From positions 17,011 to 81,010 of the forward strand of contig DXJO01000014.1 of assembly GCA_019057475.1 (NCBI GenBank): a stretch of DNA of 64,000 bases, given 5' to 3'. Position 1 is the stretch's first letter. Each line of letters opens with the position of its first letter. The notes under the pieces are model-generated. The model made no database searches. It saw only the letters and a program-made list of their open reading frames with translations, and had not been told where the DNA came from. This DNA comes from Candidatus Thorarchaeota archaeon. Its GTDB lineage: Archaea; Asgardarchaeota; Thorarchaeia; Thorarchaeales; Thorarchaeaceae. Positions 59,537-64,000 of this stretch are shown here, one piece after another. Position numbers and translations under genes: made by a program.

Positions 59537-60148
59537 TCAGTCATTGGTGTTCCCATCCGAGGAGTGGACTTCCAGCTCATCCATCTCGTCGGTACCATTG
59601 GCTGGTCCTTCGGACACAACCGTTCGCAGAAATGCTCTTGCTGCAGGTCCGACTGTGATGGTCACAATCGAGCCTACGATAACCTGGATTGAGTTTATTG
59701 TGATTAGTTCGAGCATCGCTGCTTCCCAGACGTAACCTAAGAACAGTACCTCACCTAGGAGATAACCAAGGAGCATTACGACAGATGCCAGTATCACTCC
59801 CGAAATATCCCAGGCACTGATTCGAGACTTCTTCCTTGTACGAGAACTAAACCACCCCACAACCATTCCCTCGCAGCCCTTGGTCAAGAAAGTAAGGGGG
59901 GCATATACAGGGGCGACCATGAGATCGGCAGTGGCAGACCCGACTCCCCCAGCAATAAACCCACCTACCGGCCCGAGCAGAAAACCGCTGAGCATCACAA
60001 AAGCATCTCCTAGGTTGAAGTAGCCCTGAGTTGAGGGAAACGGAACCGTGAACATAATGGTAGTGACTGTGGTCAAGGCCGTTAACACTGCAAGTAAGGA
60101 TACGAAAATCGTTGAGTTCCTCTTAGTCGTGAAGTAATCCATTTTCAC
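59537..60148 (-). CDS. ECF transporter S component
   Basis: GYFNLGD, GP..G..AGGVGSA.AD and T..TKG.EG. Confidence 0.9.
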   Translation of the reverse strand: MKMDYFTTKRNSTIFVSLLAVLTALTTVTTIMFTVPFPSTQGYFNLGDAFVMLSGFLLGPVGGFIAGGVGSATADLMVAPVYAPLTFLTKGCEGMVVGWFSSRTRKKSRISAWDISGVILASVVMLLGYLLGEVLFLGYVWEAAMLELITINSIQVIVGSIVTITVGPAARAFLRTVVSEGPANGTDEMDELEVHSSDGNTND

Positions 60149-60354
60149 TCACCGACTGATATCGCGCTATGCCGAAGATGGGTACTCGCCCATGGGAGTC
60201 AGACCCAAGAACTCGGCAATTCGGGATGCGAAGGATGAGCATATAATCTTGAGCCTACATAGGCGAAGTGTTTTAACGATTGATACTGACTGGTCAAAGT
60301 ATGCGGACGAGTTAGTCTGCACCCACAACTACGCTGAAGAGGTAGGGAATTAAA

Positions 60355-60732
60355 ATGCCAACTTGGATTCAGACCGCAGACTGGAAGAGCGAGAAGCACG
60401 TTCCGGCAATCGAAATTGAGAAGAAAGGTGACAATCTGTTCCATATTCATGTTTCAGTGGGGAAGGAGATTGCACACCCCAACACAACTGCGCATCACAT
60501 AAAATGGTGCGACCTATTCATCTTGCCTGAGGGTGAGAAGTTCCCAGTGGAGATTGGATACTGTACCTTCGACCATCACGGCGAATCAGCACAGGGCGCT
60601 GACACTAGCAAGATGTACGCTGAACCACACGCACTCTTTGTCTTCAAAACAGAGAAGTCAGGCTTGCTGATGGCGACTGCCTACTGCAATATACACGGCC
60701 TCTGGAAGAGCGAGAAAGAGCTAAAGCTGTGA
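60355..60732 (+). CDS. sor: Superoxide reductase (neelaredoxin type)
   Basis: EKHVP, HPNTTAHHI and CNIHG iron ligands. Confidence 0.92.
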   Translation: MPTWIQTADWKSEKHVPAIEIEKKGDNLFHIHVSVGKEIAHPNTTAHHIKWCDLFILPEGEKFPVEIGYCTFDHHGESAQGADTSKMYAEPHALFVFKTEKSGLLMATAYCNIHGLWKSEKELKL

Positions 60733-60741
60733 AACACCTAC

Positions 60742-61359
60742 TTAATGCCTGATAATCCAGCTGACGAGCTCGGAACTCATGGGATTCTCATTCAGGAACG
60801 CGTCGCGGTATTCGTGATTCTTGAGTTGCAGCCAGATGTGTTGCAGGGCAGCATCGAACCCAACGATACGGAAGGCGGACTCGAATGGATTCGACCTGAA
60901 TGTCAAGTATGACAAAACCATCGCGACAACAAAGACTGTAAGGACAGGGTAGACCCAGAAAGGATTGGCTCGACCTAGCCAGAAGTTGCTGCCCATAGTC
61001 ACGAGCGCCATAAAGAGCGCTGAGATGATAATCCCGTTGACAATAAGACACACCACGCGGTATCGCCATTCACTCTCATCTCCGTAGTGGTGCTTTTCAC
61101 AAACGGGGACTATGAATGTCTGGGCCTGTGGAAGAGAAATACCAAGCCTTCTTCGTGCACGAGGGCCGTACATTGGATCCCAATATGGACGAAGCCATCG
61201 CGTCTTACCTGGGATCGTGGAAACTCGAACTGTCTTGGTCACAGTGGAACCACAGACAGGACACATCCTAGGGAATCTTATGCGCTTTGTATTCACTCGG
61301 ACGATAGGCTCTTTGAAGAATTCCTTGCGCGAGATCACCATCGAGTATCTCCGTTCCAT
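60742..61359 (-). CDS. Hypothetical 2-TM protein with CxxC/CxxH motifs
   Basis: CPVC, CEKH and two TM helices. Confidence 0.7.
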   Translation of the reverse strand: MERRYSMVISRKEFFKEPIVRVNTKRIRFPRMCPVCGSTVTKTVRVSTIPGKTRWLRPYWDPMYGPRARRRLGISLPQAQTFIVPVCEKHHYGDESEWRYRVVCLIVNGIIISALFMALVTMGSNFWLGRANPFWVYPVLTVFVVAMVLSYLTFRSNPFESAFRIVGFDAALQHIWLQLKNHEYRDAFLNENPMSSELVSWIIRH

Positions 61360-61566
61360 GCTAATCCGATTTCAGCAGAATCAGGTAAAATAGCTTATTG
61401 AACACGCAGATGGGCGGTTACTATTCATGGCCACCAAGTGACCAGAGAAATGGTCAGTTAGTTTCAGAATCACCATTACAGGTGACCACACCATACGTAC
61501 CTGTGAAATGCAATGGCTCTAGCAACTAACTCCCGGAACAACGCGATGAAAAAGAAAAGAATGGTG

Positions 61567-61604
61567 AAAGCACAGTCCACTGCAGCGATTGGCTGTGCTT
61601 TTTT
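61567..61604 (+). terminator. Hairpin plus T-run upstream of a small ORF
   Basis: aaagcacag.cca...tggctgtgcttt followed by ttt. Confidence 0.45.
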
Positions 61605-61627
61605 GACTAGTGTGAGGTGAATCTAAG

Positions 61628-61723
61628 ATGGCTCTTACTAAAGGACCCCGAATTCTGAGGACTAAGGCACCAGAGCGACGAATTTCCACGGAGGCAATTG
61701 CTGAGGTCTACTTCAGGAAGTAG
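61628..61723 (+). CDS. Putative 31-aa basic small protein
   Basis: GAGGTGA SD 7 nt before the ATG; MALTKGPRILRTKAPERRISTEAIAEVYFRK; double stop TAGTAG. Confidence 0.5.
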   Translation: MALTKGPRILRTKAPERRISTEAIAEVYFRK

Positions 61724-61764
61724 TAGGTATCAGTGACTTCGCATAAGGGCGCCGAGCCCACTCA

Positions 61765-62472
61765 TTACGCCTGAGGTGAACCTGGAGGGCGTTCCTTCCT
61801 CGGTGCGGGCCGAAGAAACCCCTCATCGACCAAATTACACAGGAAATCTTCGAAACCCGGGCAGCGACTCCATCGTCCCCTGTAGTCGCACCCCTTGCAT
61901 GTCTTTCCGATTTCCACCATTCTCCGCGCATTCATCAACGTGATGATTGGAAGATACAGAAACAGGATCAGGCCGATTTTAGCGCCCAGTTCCGAGGAGA
62001 GAGATCCTTCATAGAGCAAGATGGACCACACTATGGTGGCAAAAGCACCACCTAGTAGGATTTTGGCAACTGCTTTCACTTTCTTGGTCCTGGTGAGATG
62101 GAGGATACTGCACAGCAGAGACAGAACGACCACTCCCACTCCTCCGTAAAAAAGCCAATATCTACTCAGAAGAGCCGGATCGAAGAACCAGACCAATAGC
62201 ACAGCGAACATGGTAACAGCAAATGAGATAGAGCTGAAAAGGCATCCAATACACCAGCTACGGCCTCGCCAATGAAATACGTGGTCTTCGTACTCTGTAC
62301 AAAAGGGGTGATGGGCAGAGAGAAACGGGCTCGCGGCCCGCAGAAAACGCAAGGGATGTCGGACTATCTCTCGTGTGTCAAACGCGAGCTTTCCTCTTGT
62401 CGGGTCATACAGGACTTCCCGGCAGGGTATCTTGTCCGACACTCCCTGAACGTTCTCCTTCACAGCCCACAC
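61765..62472 (-). CDS. Membrane protein with His/Cys metal-binding motifs
   Basis: HHP.C....H, CIGC, 4 TM helices and CKGC...C. Confidence 0.7.
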   Translation of the reverse strand: MWAVKENVQGVSDKIPCREVLYDPTRGKLAFDTREIVRHPLRFLRAASPFLSAHHPFCTEYEDHVFHWRGRSWCIGCLFSSISFAVTMFAVLLVWFFDPALLSRYWLFYGGVGVVVLSLLCSILHLTRTKKVKAVAKILLGGAFATIVWSILLYEGSLSSELGAKIGLILFLYLPIITLMNARRMVEIGKTCKGCDYRGRWSRCPGFEDFLCNLVDEGFLRPAPRKERPPGSPQA

Positions 62473-62511
62473 GTTTCTCGTTAGTTACCACTCGTGTCAA
62501 CTTGTAGTAGA

Positions 62512-62868
62512 TTATAGAAATGGAATCGTTGGTATGATGAATAGGAATGGGAATACGAAGCTGAGTAGAGAGCCAACGATGGCGATGACAATAATCAACA
62601 GTATCCATGTGGCAATCGCTCCGCCCCACTCAAGCTCGTGACGCGATTTGAGTATATACCACTGCACAAGGCAGCCAAGGGGAGGGATGATATAAAGGAG
62701 TATAGATAGTCCTAGGAAGACAGCAGTGACAAATGTAGTCCCTAACTCCCGGTTCTCACCCTTTGTCCAACCAAGCACAACTCCCAGCAAGAGGGCACTA
62801 ACTATTATACTTATGATAACGAGTACACCCAGTATTGTTAGGAGAGCCATAATAAACTCGAGTTGCAT
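62512..62868 (-). CDS. Small hydrophobic membrane protein
   Basis: GGAG SD and 3-4 TM helices. Confidence 0.7.
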   Translation of the reverse strand: MQLEFIMALLTILGVLVIISIIVSALLLGVVLGWTKGENRELGTTFVTAVFLGLSILLYIIPPLGCLVQWYILKSRHELEWGGAIATWILLIIVIAIVGSLLSFVFPFLFIIPTIPFL

Positions 62869-63126
62869 ATTTTTTAACTCCTCTCTCTATGAGAGCAAAC
62901 TTAGCTCTGGAGGGCTACTATAAAAGCCTAACGACAAACAGCGTAGCAAAATACGACATTTCCCCAAAGAGAATAATGTACAAGGATTGGAGTCCCGCTG
63001 GCATCAATGCCTTGTGTGCAGCGGTCAAGGGAGTACAGGCTATTTGGCGCTGAATCCACTGAGCGTACGCTTCGGGTAACAGGATTGTGGCACAGGTTTA
63101 TTTGCGGTCGACTGGGTGGACAGAAT

Positions 63127-63696
63127 ATGTACTGTGGAGAGCATGTTCGCCTTCGAGCATTAGAGATGAGTGACCTAGACAATATCATGAAGCACTGGAA
63201 CACATATGAGATGCGAAGATTCCTTGGTTCAACGCTCCCGATGTCTGAGCGTGCTGAGAAGGAGTGGCTAGAGAAGGCTACAACTCAAGATGCACGTAAG
63301 GATGGAAGTATTGTACTTGCAATAGAGGACAAGAAAACACAGGAGTTCTTGGGTACGGCAAGCCTATTCGACATCTCAAGCCACAGTAGGCGTGCTGAGT
63401 TTGGCATTGCAATCCACGATCCTGAGAAGATGAGCAAGGGATATGGCACTGATGCAACGCGACTCACGCTGTGGATAGGCTTTCACCAACTAGGTCTGAA
63501 CAGTATCTACCTGTATACACTCTCATTCAATGAACGAGCTCAACGTGCCTATGAGAAAGCTGGCTTCAAGAGGGGCGGAATCTTCAGAAAGTCCATGTTC
63601 GCGGAAGGAGATTTCCACGATATGATCATCATGGACATCCTGAGAGATGAGTTCTTTGAGAAGTATCCTCCAGGGACTCCAATTGCAAAAGGATAG
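63127..63696 (+). CDS. RimJ/RimL-type GNAT acetyltransferase
   Basis: VRLRALE, AEFGI, KGYGTDA and NERAQRAYEKAGF. Confidence 0.9.
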   Translation: MYCGEHVRLRALEMSDLDNIMKHWNTYEMRRFLGSTLPMSERAEKEWLEKATTQDARKDGSIVLAIEDKKTQEFLGTASLFDISSHSRRAEFGIAIHDPEKMSKGYGTDATRLTLWIGFHQLGLNSIYLYTLSFNERAQRAYEKAGFKRGGIFRKSMFAEGDFHDMIIMDILRDEFFEKYPPGTPIAKG

Positions 63697-64000
63697 TGCC
63701 CGGAAGAGCACAACGAGCATGTGCCGCTCGCAGTCGAGCTCGTCAGACTATAAGAAGGATTGAAAGGTTTCATAAACCCTTTTGCGCGATTTTGCCGGCT
63801 CATAGGCCCCCGTTTCCAAGAAACGGGAGTTCTTTCTTAATAGTCGATATATATACTCAATGAGGGGCCTATTATGGTGATGTAGTGACTATTCACAGAA
63901 ACACCGTTGCCCGAAACTTGTACAATCCTGGACATCAATGTCCTTGACTGATGTTCGGTTCCTGATTCATTGAGGTCTGCTCCGCAGATCCTACTGAATC

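Noticed and set aside
63840-64000. Possible partial gene at the right edge
   Set aside because: No recognisable motif, and the reading frame cannot be fixed

Overview
Archaeal chromosomal window, most likely an Asgard archaeon of the Thorarchaeia type. This is inferred from the archaeal 23S rRNA, the BHB processing stem, GGAGGTGA-type SD motifs, a WD40 protein, large wHTH regulators and Ig-repeat surface proteins. It holds about 60 protein genes, including a reductive pyrimidine catabolism cluster, serS, nth, a Mig-like glycosylase, bacterial-type RNase PH and superoxide reductase. It also holds one stand-alone 23S rRNA gene on the minus strand (~30536-34068). The 23S gene carries a 429-nt group I intron with eukaryote-nuclear IC1-like features after U2580 (E. 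coli numbering) and a probable 30-nt BHB micro-intron in the sarcin-ricin helix H95. The main unexplained structure lies downstream of the rRNA. At least five co-oriented, variably decayed copies of the 23S 3' end and trailer (21069, 22216, 24350, 26896, 28485) each sit in an intergenic gap and separate blocks of 1-3 unrelated genes. This looks like a serial gene-capture array anchored on the rRNA 3' end, and no integrase is visible in the window. Other leads are a RuvC-less TnpB-like protein, a micropeptide locus beside two wHTH regulators, two unusual fusion proteins and several riboswitch-like leaders. All alignments and folds were done by eye.
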